This document shows positions 19,203 to 28,045 of a stretch of DNA of 55,740 nucleotides, one piece after another (the first letter of the stretch is position 1; each line of letters starts with the position of its first letter). The stretch covers positions 1 through 55,740 of the forward strand of contig DATKYN010000153.1 in assembly GCA_035528435.1 (NCBI GenBank). Direction: 5' to 3'. The DNA comes from Burkholderiales bacterium. Lineage in GTDB: Bacteria > Pseudomonadota > Gammaproteobacteria > Burkholderiales > Eutrophovitaceae. The translations under genes were made by a program, and so were the position numbers. The notes under the pieces are model-generated. The model ran no database searches. It was not told where the DNA came from and saw only the letters and a list, made by a program, of their open reading frames with translations.

Positions 19203-19292
19203 ATGAATGTACTGACATTGATGGTGATCATCATCGCGGTCTATTGGGTGATTGGCATGCTCTGGGTCTCAGGTCAAAGAGACTGGGATTGA
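19203..19292 (+). CDS. Small hydrophobic protein (29 aa), candidate symporter accessory subunit
   Basis: ATG 8 nt after AGGAGGAG. Encodes MNVLTLMVIIIAVYWVIGMLWVSGQRDWD (one TM helix). Ends 36 nt before the symporter ATG. Below the 60-aa cutoff of the ORF track. Confidence 0.5.
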   Translation: MNVLTLMVIIIAVYWVIGMLWVSGQRDWD

Positions 19293-19328
19293 ATTCGTAA
19301 AAAATAAGAATAACGGGGGAGATGAGAA

Positions 19329-20843
19329 ATGACGTATGACACCAACATCGGGATTTGGGGTTGGATCTGGGTTGTCGTGTTCTTGCTGTTGTTTATCGGC
19401 ATCGGCGCTTACGGTATGCGCAAGACCAAGACCGAAGAGGACTTTGCCGTAGCACGCGGTTCGTATGGCCCGTTTATGCTGGCGTTTGCTTTTGCCGCAA
19501 CGATCGCCAGCGGCGCCACCTTCATGAGCTTGCCTGGGATGGCATATTCCAAAGGGTTCGCCGTGCTCTGGTATCCCGCTGTCTATCCCATTGCGATCTA
19601 CCTGGGGATGATCCTGGCGATCAAGCTAATCAAGCGTGCGGGCGACCGGTTCAGATCGAATTCGTTGCCGGAATTCATGGGGCAGCGCTATAACAGCGAT
19701 TTTCTACGTATCGCTTTCGCGCTGCTATCCCTGCTGTTGGTGTTCTACATTGCTGCACAGATCGTTGCCGCGGCAACCATGTTCGAGGTGTTGCTCGATC
19801 TCAACTACATGACCGGCATATACGTGAGTGTGGCCGTGATCGCGTTGTATATCGGAATGGGTGGGTCACATGCCGACATCATGACCGACGGCATTCAGGG
19901 CGTCATGATGGTCATCATCGCGCTGATTATCGCGGCGATGTTCCTGCTATCTCCCGGCGTGGAAGGTACAGGCCCAGCCGCAATCAATCAGGCGTTGGTG
20001 GCCGAAGATCCAGCTTTGGGGTGGGACAACTACTTCATTGCTGGCGATACGATCTTCGGCAGCTTTGGCTTGATACTGCTGTTGTTCATCGCGCACTTGC
20101 CTTTTGCCATGAATCCGCATATTGGCAAACTGGCCTTTGCGCTTAAGGAGCCGAAACAGATTCGCACCTTCCTGCTGATCGCGATTCCGATGGGCTCGAT
20201 TCTCGGCTTCACCGTTCTTGGTGGATTGCATGCGCGTGCACTGGTTGGCCCGGGTCTTCCGCCCGATCAGGTTATCCCGGTCTTGTTTACGCAGTTGTTC
20301 CCGCCTTTCCTGGCGGGGATGCTTGGCGTGGGCGTGCTTTCCGCGATCATGTCGACCTCGGACGGCCTGTTCATCGCCATCGCTGTGATCTTCAGTAACG
20401 ATTTGTACAAGCGTACGCTGGCGCCGGTCATTCACAAGCAGAAGTCAGAACAGCAGATCGACCGTATCGCTCTGAACATCTCGCGCGTTGCCATTATCCT
20501 CGTTGGTGTTGCTGCGGTCTGGCTGGCTTCGGATCGTCCCAAATTCCTGGCGATATTGCTATGGATAGGTATTGGCGGGATTGTTTCCGGCGCGGCGGGT
20601 CCGCTGTTAATCGGGTCACTGTGGAAACGCGCGACCAAGGCCGGCGCGATCCTCTCGTTCATGACCGGGGTGTTGCTCTACGCTTACCTGTATGTCGGGT
20701 ACGGCTGGAAGAACCCCTTTGGGGTTGCCGGCACCTGCGTCGTGGTGGCGTCGGTAGTAATGGTAGTCGCCAGTCTGCTGACCAAGCCATTGCCGCAGGA
20801 ACATCTCGACCGCATGTTCAAACCCGGCAAGGCGACAGCCTGA
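19329..20843 (+). CDS. Sodium:solute symporter (SSS) family transporter
   Basis: 504-aa polytopic ORF with SSS-type blocks (FAVARGSYGPFMLAFAFAATIASGATF, MSTSDGLF). Confidence 0.9.
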   Translation: MTYDTNIGIWGWIWVVVFLLLFIGIGAYGMRKTKTEEDFAVARGSYGPFMLAFAFAATIASGATFMSLPGMAYSKGFAVLWYPAVYPIAIYLGMILAIKLIKRAGDRFRSNSLPEFMGQRYNSDFLRIAFALLSLLLVFYIAAQIVAAATMFEVLLDLNYMTGIYVSVAVIALYIGMGGSHADIMTDGIQGVMMVIIALIIAAMFLLSPGVEGTGPAAINQALVAEDPALGWDNYFIAGDTIFGSFGLILLLFIAHLPFAMNPHIGKLAFALKEPKQIRTFLLIAIPMGSILGFTVLGGLHARALVGPGLPPDQVIPVLFTQLFPPFLAGMLGVGVLSAIMSTSDGLFIAIAVIFSNDLYKRTLAPVIHKQKSEQQIDRIALNISRVAIILVGVAAVWLASDRPKFLAILLWIGIGGIVSGAAGPLLIGSLWKRATKAGAILSFMTGVLLYAYLYVGYGWKNPFGVAGTCVVVASVVMVVASLLTKPLPQEHLDRMFKPGKATA

Positions 20844-20902
20844 TTCGGCGCATGGCATAAGGGCGACATCGGACCCACTTCGGTGTCGGTCGGTAACCAA
20901 AG

Positions 20903-20939
20903 ACCACGCATCGCTATCGCGATGCGTGGTTTTCTTTTT
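20903..20939 (+). terminator. Rho-independent terminator after the symporter
   Basis: Perfect 12-bp stem ACCACGCATCGC/GCGATGCGTGGT, 4-nt loop, then TTTCTTTTT. Confidence 0.85.
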
Positions 20940-21042
20940 CAATTGAATGTAATTGGTTAGTGCGCCGTATATCTGTGTCGTTGACGTATATTGAGCTCGT
21001 GCAATCAGGCGGCTTACCTCCCGTGTAATCAAAAAATGAAAG

Positions 21043-21831
21043 ATGTTCTGTATGACAAGTGATCTGAAGATGCCCACATTCAGGCTCGACGGCAAAGTCG
21101 CGTTGGTAACGGGTGCCGGGCGGGGACTTGGCGCCGCCATCGCCGAAGGCTATGCAGCCGCCGGAGCGGAGGTCATCCTGCTGAGCCGCACGCAAATGCA
21201 TCTCGAAGCGTTATCGGAACGCATCACGCAAGCGGGTGGAAAATCCCGGACTGTCACCTGTGACGTGACTGAAGATGCGAAACTGCGAGAGGCTATCGGT
21301 GCTCTGCCTGCGCTGGATATTCTGGTTAACAACGCCGGCACCAATTATCCAGAGCCTTTCGTTGACGTCTCCGATGAACACCTTGACACCATGCTTGGTC
21401 TCAACATCCGTGCGTGTTTTGTCGCCGCGCAAGCGTCAGTAAAGAAAATGCTCGAAGACGCGGGGCGTCCAGAAAAGGGTGGTTGTGTCATCAACGTTTC
21501 TTCGCAAATGGGGCATGTAGGCTCACCCAACCGCACCGTCTATTGCATGACCAAGCACGCGCTTGAAGGTCTCACCAAAGCGATGGCGGTCGAACTTGCA
21601 CCACAGAATATTCGCGTCAACAGCATCGGACCGACGTTTGCCGATACACCGCTGGTGCGCCGGGTTGTCGATACGCCAGAAAAGCGTGACTTCATCATGT
21701 CACGCATACCACTGGGAAAGCTCGCGACGTTGGGGGATATTGCCGCAGCCGCGGTCTACCTGGCATCTCCCGCGGCAGCGATGGTGACCGGAACGCATCT
21801 GATCGTGGACGGCGGCTGGACTGCGCAGTAA
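21043..21831 (+). CDS. SDR-family oxidoreductase
   Basis: TGAGRGLG cofactor motif, NNAG, catalytic YCMTKHA (YxxxK). Start ambiguous (ATG 21043, 21052 or 21070). Confidence 0.9.
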   Translation: MFCMTSDLKMPTFRLDGKVALVTGAGRGLGAAIAEGYAAAGAEVILLSRTQMHLEALSERITQAGGKSRTVTCDVTEDAKLREAIGALPALDILVNNAGTNYPEPFVDVSDEHLDTMLGLNIRACFVAAQASVKKMLEDAGRPEKGGCVINVSSQMGHVGSPNRTVYCMTKHALEGLTKAMAVELAPQNIRVNSIGPTFADTPLVRRVVDTPEKRDFIMSRIPLGKLATLGDIAAAAVYLASPAAAMVTGTHLIVDGGWTAQ

Positions 21832-22139
21832 GGGAAGACTGCCTTCAGTCCGATGCCAGGCTTGCTTGCCGTTGATAGGAGAAGCGACTGGCGTCATGTT
21901 TGTGTACTAGTTCATGCGCCATTGGCGCCGCCGCTGAAAACACCGGGTAGTAGTGCTTGATGTTCCGGACGTATGTTTTCGGTTCCGAGCCGTGAACGAT
22001 TCCGTGGCGCGCCTGCTTCCAGTACTTGCGATATTCCAGCAGCGCGGGAACGAGGCGATCCCGGTCCGTAACGACTATCCATCAGATGGGGAGGTAGCTA
22101 GTTGGCAAAGCGGTTGACCAACTGGGCTGCCTCAGGCGC

Positions 22140-22400
22140 CTATGCGCCCTCCCGTTCGAGGCCCGAAAGGTCATTCTGATGGATCAGTGCGCGGAGGGTG
22201 TTTATCCGGCGCATATCAGCAAGATCAGGGTGCGGAGCGGCTGGTTCGTCACCGGCAAAACCCGGGCCGGTGAGTACCGGCGGCTCTTCGGGCATGGCGG
22301 GTGTATCAACAGGGTCCAGTGAATTGTCCTGGCCGACACCGTTCGATAGCAGGATCGCAATCGTGGTGATCACGATCGTCAAACCCCGGCACATGAGCAT
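22140..22400 (-). CDS. Hypothetical small protein with an N-terminal hydrophobic segment
   Basis: 86-aa ORF. LTIVITTIAILLSNG followed by a Pro/Asp-rich stretch. No recognisable family; coding status uncertain. Confidence 0.3.
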   Translation of the reverse strand: MLMCRGLTIVITTIAILLSNGVGQDNSLDPVDTPAMPEEPPVLTGPGFAGDEPAAPHPDLADMRRINTLRALIHQNDLSGLEREGA

Positions 22401-22562
22401 TCCCTTGTTTCCCGCATTCGATTCAGCGGTTCAGTTTTATCCCGTCCGTCGGGCGCCTGGCCCGATCTCGTTGTGTCCTTACGGTCTCTGGTGACCATGA
22501 TCAATCGTTAGCGCCTTCGCCGGTCTTTCTGCAAACCGTAGCCCATGAAAAAAGTAGCGGAC

Positions 22563-23591
22563 CTATTCAGGATTGGCGCCATAAAGGCCGACACCAAGCT
22601 CGCCGGAAATATATCGAATTGCTTTCATGGCGCGAATGCTGTTGCCTGATTCATTGAGACGAGGCGAGAAAGCGACAATCGCAAACTTGCCGGGAACCAC
22701 GGTCACAATTCCACCGCCGACGCCGGTTTTGGCTGGCAATCCCGCTGTGTACTGCCATTCACCGGATTCATCGTAGAAGCCCGTCATCGCCATCACGGCC
22801 AGCAGCTCGGGAACATGTCTGGCGGCCAGCACGCGTTTGTTGGTGATCGGGTTCACGCCCTGGTTGGCGAGTGTCGCGCCCATAATCGCCAGGTCGATCG
22901 CATTGACGCCAACCGAGCATTGCCTGGTGTACACGCGCAGCGCTTCCTCTGGATCGCTGTACAAGCGGCCATAATTGTAGAGCACGTTGGCAATGCCACG
23001 GTTGCTCCAGGCGGTGCTGTATTCGGATTCGTAAACATCTTCCAACAGTTCGAGTTCGTTGCCGGCAAAATCGCTTAAATTCTGTAACACCTGATTCCAG
23101 CGATCCTGCTCCGAATCGGCCTGCACCATGCTCACAGCGGCGATTGCGCCGGCATTGACAGAGGGGTTCGCTGAGCGCTCCTCGTACAGTTCAATCGCAA
23201 TCTTGGAATTGAATGGCAGACCGGTAGGCTCAACGCCGATCTTTTCTTTAACCGCCGCCGGACCCTGCTGCTGCATTACCAGTGCAGCGGTGAATGGTTT
23301 GGATACGGACTGGATCGAGAACTTGTAGTTGACGTCCCCGGCCGCGTAGATTTTTCCATCCCGTGTGGCAATGACGACGCCGAACAGATCGCTTGGCACG
23401 GTGGTAAGAATCGGTATGTAATCGGCGTTCTTGCCTTCCTTGAGATCTTCGTATCTGGCGTGAGCCTCGTTGACAACACGTTGCAGCTCATCCGGTGTGT
23501 GATCGGCTGCGCTTGCCAGCGGCATTACCAGCAATGTAAACAGGCATACCGTGCTGGCAAAAAAGTTTCTTCGCATGCTTCCTTTGATCAT
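22563..23591 (-). CDS. glsA: Glutaminase A with a predicted signal peptide
   Basis: Serine-beta-lactamase-fold glutaminase blocks (FSIQSVSKPFTAALV, NAGAIA, TGVGGGI). The ATG at 23591 follows ACGGAGGG. N-terminus MIKGSMRRNFFASTVCLFTLLVMPLASA. Confidence 0.9.
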   Translation of the reverse strand: MIKGSMRRNFFASTVCLFTLLVMPLASAADHTPDELQRVVNEAHARYEDLKEGKNADYIPILTTVPSDLFGVVIATRDGKIYAAGDVNYKFSIQSVSKPFTAALVMQQQGPAAVKEKIGVEPTGLPFNSKIAIELYEERSANPSVNAGAIAAVSMVQADSEQDRWNQVLQNLSDFAGNELELLEDVYESEYSTAWSNRGIANVLYNYGRLYSDPEEALRVYTRQCSVGVNAIDLAIMGATLANQGVNPITNKRVLAARHVPELLAVMAMTGFYDESGEWQYTAGLPAKTGVGGGIVTVVPGKFAIVAFSPRLNESGNSIRAMKAIRYISGELGVGLYGANPE

Positions 23592-23661
23592 GGCTCGACC
23601 CTCCGTCTTCTGTTGGCGGCCGCGCCAGGCGACCGTGTTAAATCCAAAGTGCAATGATCAC

Positions 23662-23700
23662 TGGCGAAAAATCAATGGCGAAAAATCAATGGCGCAATTT
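23662..23700. repeat. Tandem 14-nt repeat TGGCGAAAAATCAA (2 full copies plus 1 partial) upstream of glsA
   Basis: Identical units at 23662-23675 and 23676-23689; degenerate third unit TGGCGCAATTT. Lies 70-110 nt upstream of the glsA start on the other strand. Confidence 0.7.
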
Positions 23701-23886
23701 GATCGTGCTGGCTTGGATTCGTGTAATCAATGATGTGGCCGGCTGCAATGATGTTTCTCCGACCTGGTGTGCAACGCCATGGTACCCGTGACCGATGTGA
23801 CGCATGTCTGCCGGTGAGCGATGCCAGCTAGCGAAACCGGCCAGCCGTCAGTTTGCTGCCAGAAGAACCGGCTTTTTGTACACCGG

Positions 23887-24738
23887 TTAATCGGCTGGCA
23901 GAAACTGAAGTACTTCCTTCAGGACTTCTTCCGGCTTTTCTTCCTGCATCCAGTGTCCGCAGTCGTCGATGATGCCGCCGCGCACGTTGGTGGCTACGCG
24001 CTGTAGTGATTCGAGGGTATCGATTCCGCGGCCGAACCCCTTGCCGCCGCCGAGCGCGAGCACCGGCATTCCCAGCTTTCCGTTTTGTTCGAGCAGTGTC
24101 TCGTTGTGCGCGACATCCTGTTGCAACGCGCGGTAGTACGAAAAGCCGGCGCGCAACGCACCGGGCTGGCGATAGGTGCGCAGATACTCTTCCATGTCCG
24201 CTGGTGAGATCGCACCTGGCTGATAGCCGTAGTTGCGATAGAACCACCCAAGGTAGATGTCTTCACGGCCGGCAACGAGAGCCTCCGGCAGGTCCGCGGT
24301 TCGATGGAAGGCGTGATGCCAGCGTCGGCCGTGTTGCGAGAAAGTGCCGCTGCCATCACCTGGCACCGCGGTGTCCAGCATGACCAGTTTGCGTACGTGT
24401 TCGGGCCAGGTCGCGGCCAGAACGAACGCCACCGGGCCACCCCAGTCATGGGCCATTAGATAGTACTTGTCGATATTCAGATGATCATGAACGAGTTTTC
24501 GAACATCCTCGGCGATCGTGGCTTTGTCATACCCACCCAGTGGCCGTGAAGAGTCTCCAAGCCCGCGCAAGTCGGGTGCGATCAGCGTATAGCGTTCCGC
24601 CAGCGCCGGCATGATCTTGTGCCAGCAATACCAGCTTTGCGGCCAGCCATGTAACAACAGCAGCGGTTCGCCTTTGCCGGCGAGGACGTAATGCAGGGTA
24701 ACTTCGCCGGTGTCGTGGTAATGATGTGTCAGTTTCAT
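23887..24738 (-). CDS. Alpha/beta hydrolase, epoxide-hydrolase-like
   Basis: HGWPQSWYCW oxyanion motif, nucleophile elbow AHDWGG, lid Tyr candidates (WFYRNYGY, FSYYRA), C-terminal CGHWMQEE His. Confidence 0.85.
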   Translation of the reverse strand: MKLTHHYHDTGEVTLHYVLAGKGEPLLLLHGWPQSWYCWHKIMPALAERYTLIAPDLRGLGDSSRPLGGYDKATIAEDVRKLVHDHLNIDKYYLMAHDWGGPVAFVLAATWPEHVRKLVMLDTAVPGDGSGTFSQHGRRWHHAFHRTADLPEALVAGREDIYLGWFYRNYGYQPGAISPADMEEYLRTYRQPGALRAGFSYYRALQQDVAHNETLLEQNGKLGMPVLALGGGKGFGRGIDTLESLQRVATNVRGGIIDDCGHWMQEEKPEEVLKEVLQFLPAD

Positions 24739-24929
24739 GTGTGGTGCTCGCTTTGGTTCGTTTCAGACAATCAAGTTTCACCAACAGGAACAAGCTTCCC
24801 CACTGTGATTGTTCGACGCGGAATGCAAACGTCGATCATCCAGTCGATCCCTGTGGCATGGTGCATTGGTGCCCTCGTTTTGGCTTTTTCTGTTCATATC
24901 CCTGGTGCCGGGGTGGTGTGCGGAGACTA

Positions 24930-26234
24930 CTATTGCACAAACTGCGGCATGATCCAGCGTGGCAGCGCCAGAATCGCGCCCGGGAAGACAATTACGAAAA
25001 TCAGCACGGCGAGCATCGGTGCCAACAAAAAGAAAGTGTCCCGCATTGCCTGTCTGACCGAGATGCCGCCTAGTGACGCTGAGATCAACAGGCACAGCCC
25101 GTAAGGTGGAGTGACAAGGCCGAATGCGATTGACATGATGCCGATCATTGCGAAATGCACCGGGTGCATTCCAACGCTATCGGCGAGAGGTGCGAGGATG
25201 GTGCCAAGAATAATGATCGCCGGAATCGCGTCAATAAAACATCCTACAACCAGGAAGCAGACAGCCACGATAAAGCCAACGCTTGTGACGCCACCGCCCC
25301 AGCCCGATACCGCGTCGACAAACATCTGCGGTACGTGAAAGTACGCCAGAATCCAACCAAAAGCCGACGCCGTGCCAACGCAAAACAGGGTAATCGATGC
25401 AAATCGACCGGATTCGTAAAGTACCGCGGGAATGCGGCTGATCTCTAAGGTGCGGTAGACGAATAATCCGAGCAGCAGAGCGTAGAGAACAGCGACGACT
25501 GACGCTTCGGTCGGAGTGAAAATTCCGCCCACGATGCCGCCGACAATGATCGCCGGCATCAATAGAGGCACTACGGCGCGCGCTACTGCACCCAGAAACT
25601 CGCGCAGAGTTGCCCGTGTGTAGACCGGATAGCCGCGTCGTTTCGCAAAAATCAATACCGCACCCATCAGCGACAGCGCGATCAGCACACCCGGAACTAC
25701 GCCGGCGAGAAACAATCCGCCGATAGAAACCGAAATGACACCGCCCCACACGATCATCAGAATGCTTGGCGGGATGATCACGCCCATCACTGAAGAACAT
25801 GCGGTGATCGCAACCGAGAACGGTGCATCGTAGCCTTCCTTTTTCATGGCGGGAATCAGTACCCCGCCCACGCCGGCTGAGTCCGCAGTGCTGGAACCGG
25901 AAATGCCGGCGAACAACATGCTCACCGATACATTGACATGACCGAGTCCGCCGGGGAGGTGACCAACACTGGTACGCGCCAATTCGATCAGTTTGTCGGT
26001 GATGCCAGCGTAGTTCATCAAATTCGCCGCCAGAAGAAAAAACGGTACGGCGAGCAGAATGAACGAGTTGTACGACTTGAGCATTTCGTTCAGGAGCAGA
26101 AATGGCGTCAGGCGCTGATCGATAAAGAACACCGGTATGCATGCCAGTCCCAATGCAAAAGCAACTGGCACGCGCATGACGATCAGTACGCCGAAAAGAC
26201 CAAACAGGAGTAATGCGACTTCTGCGGGCCCCAT
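24930..26234 (-). CDS. dctM: TRAP transporter large permease
   Basis: 434-aa polytopic ORF with the typical DctM N-terminus (LLLFGLFGVLIVMRVPVAFALG). Lies 1 nt after dctQ. Confidence 0.95.
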   Translation of the reverse strand: MGPAEVALLLFGLFGVLIVMRVPVAFALGLACIPVFFIDQRLTPFLLLNEMLKSYNSFILLAVPFFLLAANLMNYAGITDKLIELARTSVGHLPGGLGHVNVSVSMLFAGISGSSTADSAGVGGVLIPAMKKEGYDAPFSVAITACSSVMGVIIPPSILMIVWGGVISVSIGGLFLAGVVPGVLIALSLMGAVLIFAKRRGYPVYTRATLREFLGAVARAVVPLLMPAIIVGGIVGGIFTPTEASVVAVLYALLLGLFVYRTLEISRIPAVLYESGRFASITLFCVGTASAFGWILAYFHVPQMFVDAVSGWGGGVTSVGFIVAVCFLVVGCFIDAIPAIIILGTILAPLADSVGMHPVHFAMIGIMSIAFGLVTPPYGLCLLISASLGGISVRQAMRDTFFLLAPMLAVLIFVIVFPGAILALPRWIMPQFVQ

Positions 26235-26235
26235 T

Positions 26236-26772
26236 TCAATCTCCTCCGTTCCGGCGTGGCCCCGATCGATCGGAATCCGAACCGGCAGGCGCAGGCGGGT
26301 GTGGGCGCATCAGTGCCACGTCGTCGGCGATCTTTTCGGCCAGGAACAGGGTGAAGACCAGACCGGCGAGCGGCCAGGCGATATGTATGGTCAGCATGTT
26401 CAGGCCGGTCAATTCCGAGGCCTGCGCCCACCCGAACAATGCGAAGCGATAGCCAAACCAGAAAAAAGTCAGCGCTACCAGCAGCATTGCGCCGTGCACC
26501 CACAGCCGGCCGATGGCGCGCGCGCGCGGATTGCGTGGTTCGGCGAGCAGATCCAGGTGGAAATGGGCACCGTCGCGCACCCCAATCATCGACCCGATCA
26601 TGATCACCCAGATAAAACAGAATCGGGCGATCTCCTCGGTCCAGATGAAGTGCGGGATTGACGGCGAGAAGCGCGATACGATCTGCAGCACGATGGGGAG
26701 TATCAGCAGTCCCATCAGTAGTGTGAGCAGCAACTGCAGGGCGCGGTAGACGATGTTGGCAACCCGCTTCAT
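26236..26772 (-). CDS. dctQ: TRAP transporter small permease
   Basis: 178-aa, four-TM ORF between dctP and dctM. Confidence 0.85.
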   Translation of the reverse strand: MKRVANIVYRALQLLLTLLMGLLILPIVLQIVSRFSPSIPHFIWTEEIARFCFIWVIMIGSMIGVRDGAHFHLDLLAEPRNPRARAIGRLWVHGAMLLVALTFFWFGYRFALFGWAQASELTGLNMLTIHIAWPLAGLVFTLFLAEKIADDVALMRPHPPAPAGSDSDRSGPRRNGGD

Positions 26773-26787
26773 GCCTATGTCGCCCGG

Positions 26788-27822
26788 CTAGTTGATATTG
26801 TTGATGCGATCGAGGATCGCTTCGGCACCGACCTCCTTCGCGTAATCAACTCGCACGGGCAGTGTCAGTTCGAGGAGTTTGTCGCGATCAGCAAACGGCA
26901 CCATTTTGAGTTTGCCTTCGCTCGCCATGCCTTCGAGCCGTGCCCGGTCGGCTGCTGACTCTATTTCGCGTCCAAAAACTCCGGATTCTTTTCCAGCACG
27001 TAAAATTGCCGACTGCAGATCCTCGGGTAGGCGCCGGAACGTCTTGCCGCTGAAGCAAAGCGGCCGGACCGTAATCGCGTGCGCCGTCATGGCGATGTAG
27101 GGGCCGACTTCATAGAACTTCATCTGTTCGATGCCGAGCGCTTCGTTCTCGGCCGCTTCGATCACTCCTGTCTGTATGGCGTTGTAGACCTCCGCGTAGG
27201 CGATCACGGTCGGTGTGGCACCGACAGCCTGGAAGGTCTTTGTCTGGATCGGTGCGCCCATGACGCGCATTTTCAGGTTCTTCAGTTCTGCCATGTTGCG
27301 CACAGGTTTGTTGACGATCAGATTGCGCACGCCTCCGCCGCCGTAGCCGATCAACATTACGTCTGCATTTTCCATGACCTGTTTACTAATCGGTTCGAGG
27401 ATGCCAGCGTCGAGAACCTTTCGCCAGTGATCGAAGTCGCGAAACAGGAACGGCATGTCCATCAACGGCGCGGATTTCGCGAACGTCGACATATGAGACG
27501 GCGATACGACCGCATAATCGACGGAAATGCCCTGACTCATGTAAGCGAAGTAATCTTTCTCAAGACCGAGTTCACTGTTGCGATGGAGCACAAAGTCGAC
27601 CGGCTTGCCGTAATACTTTTTCGTTAGCTCTTCGAATTTGAGCAAGGTCTGGTTGTACGGGTGCGTGTCGGCGAACTGTACGGCGCCATGCAGCGTGATT
27701 GTCTTTTCCGTGCACGCCGACAGGAGCAGCGCGAGTGTAATCACCACCAACAGGGGCAGATGTCCGGACGACTGGATTGACAGCCAGTTTCGAACAGGTG
27801 TGTTGTCAGCGTATTCGGCCAT
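26788..27822 (-). CDS. dctP: TRAP transporter substrate-binding protein (lipobox-type signal)
   Basis: DctP-family blocks (LHRNSELGLEKD, FYEVGPYIAMTAH). The ATG at 27822 follows GGGAGAA. Signal ends LLLSAC. Confidence 0.9.
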   Translation of the reverse strand: MAEYADNTPVRNWLSIQSSGHLPLLVVITLALLLSACTEKTITLHGAVQFADTHPYNQTLLKFEELTKKYYGKPVDFVLHRNSELGLEKDYFAYMSQGISVDYAVVSPSHMSTFAKSAPLMDMPFLFRDFDHWRKVLDAGILEPISKQVMENADVMLIGYGGGGVRNLIVNKPVRNMAELKNLKMRVMGAPIQTKTFQAVGATPTVIAYAEVYNAIQTGVIEAAENEALGIEQMKFYEVGPYIAMTAHAITVRPLCFSGKTFRRLPEDLQSAILRAGKESGVFGREIESAADRARLEGMASEGKLKMVPFADRDKLLELTLPVRVDYAKEVGAEAILDRINNIN

Positions 27823-28045
27823 GGTTTGTTCTCCCGTTTGGTTCTCGCTGCCGATGTTACATGGCATTCGCATGCGTGACAGTGTGAAATGCCGACGTTG
27901 ATCTAAGCCGCGCGCCGTGCAGCCACAAAAGAAATGCGTTATTGGCTCACGCAAGAGGCTGGAAGTTTGCGCGTGTTCATGTGCTTGCCGGTGTTGCTGG
28001 CGAACGAGCCCACGGTGTTCCGTGTCAAACTGTTGCGAGACAGTA

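Noticed and set aside
21845-22081. 78-codon open frame on the minus strand (IVVTDRDRLVPALLEYRKYWKQARHGIVHGSEPKTYVRNIKHYYP...) between the SDR gene and the 86-aa ORF. It could be the C-terminal remnant of a decayed gene.
   Set aside because: It has no ATG/GTG/TTG start before codon 54 and begins right after an in-frame TGA. I cannot place the sequence in any family. A tBLASTn/BLASTX search would decide, so it is not reported as a pseudogene.
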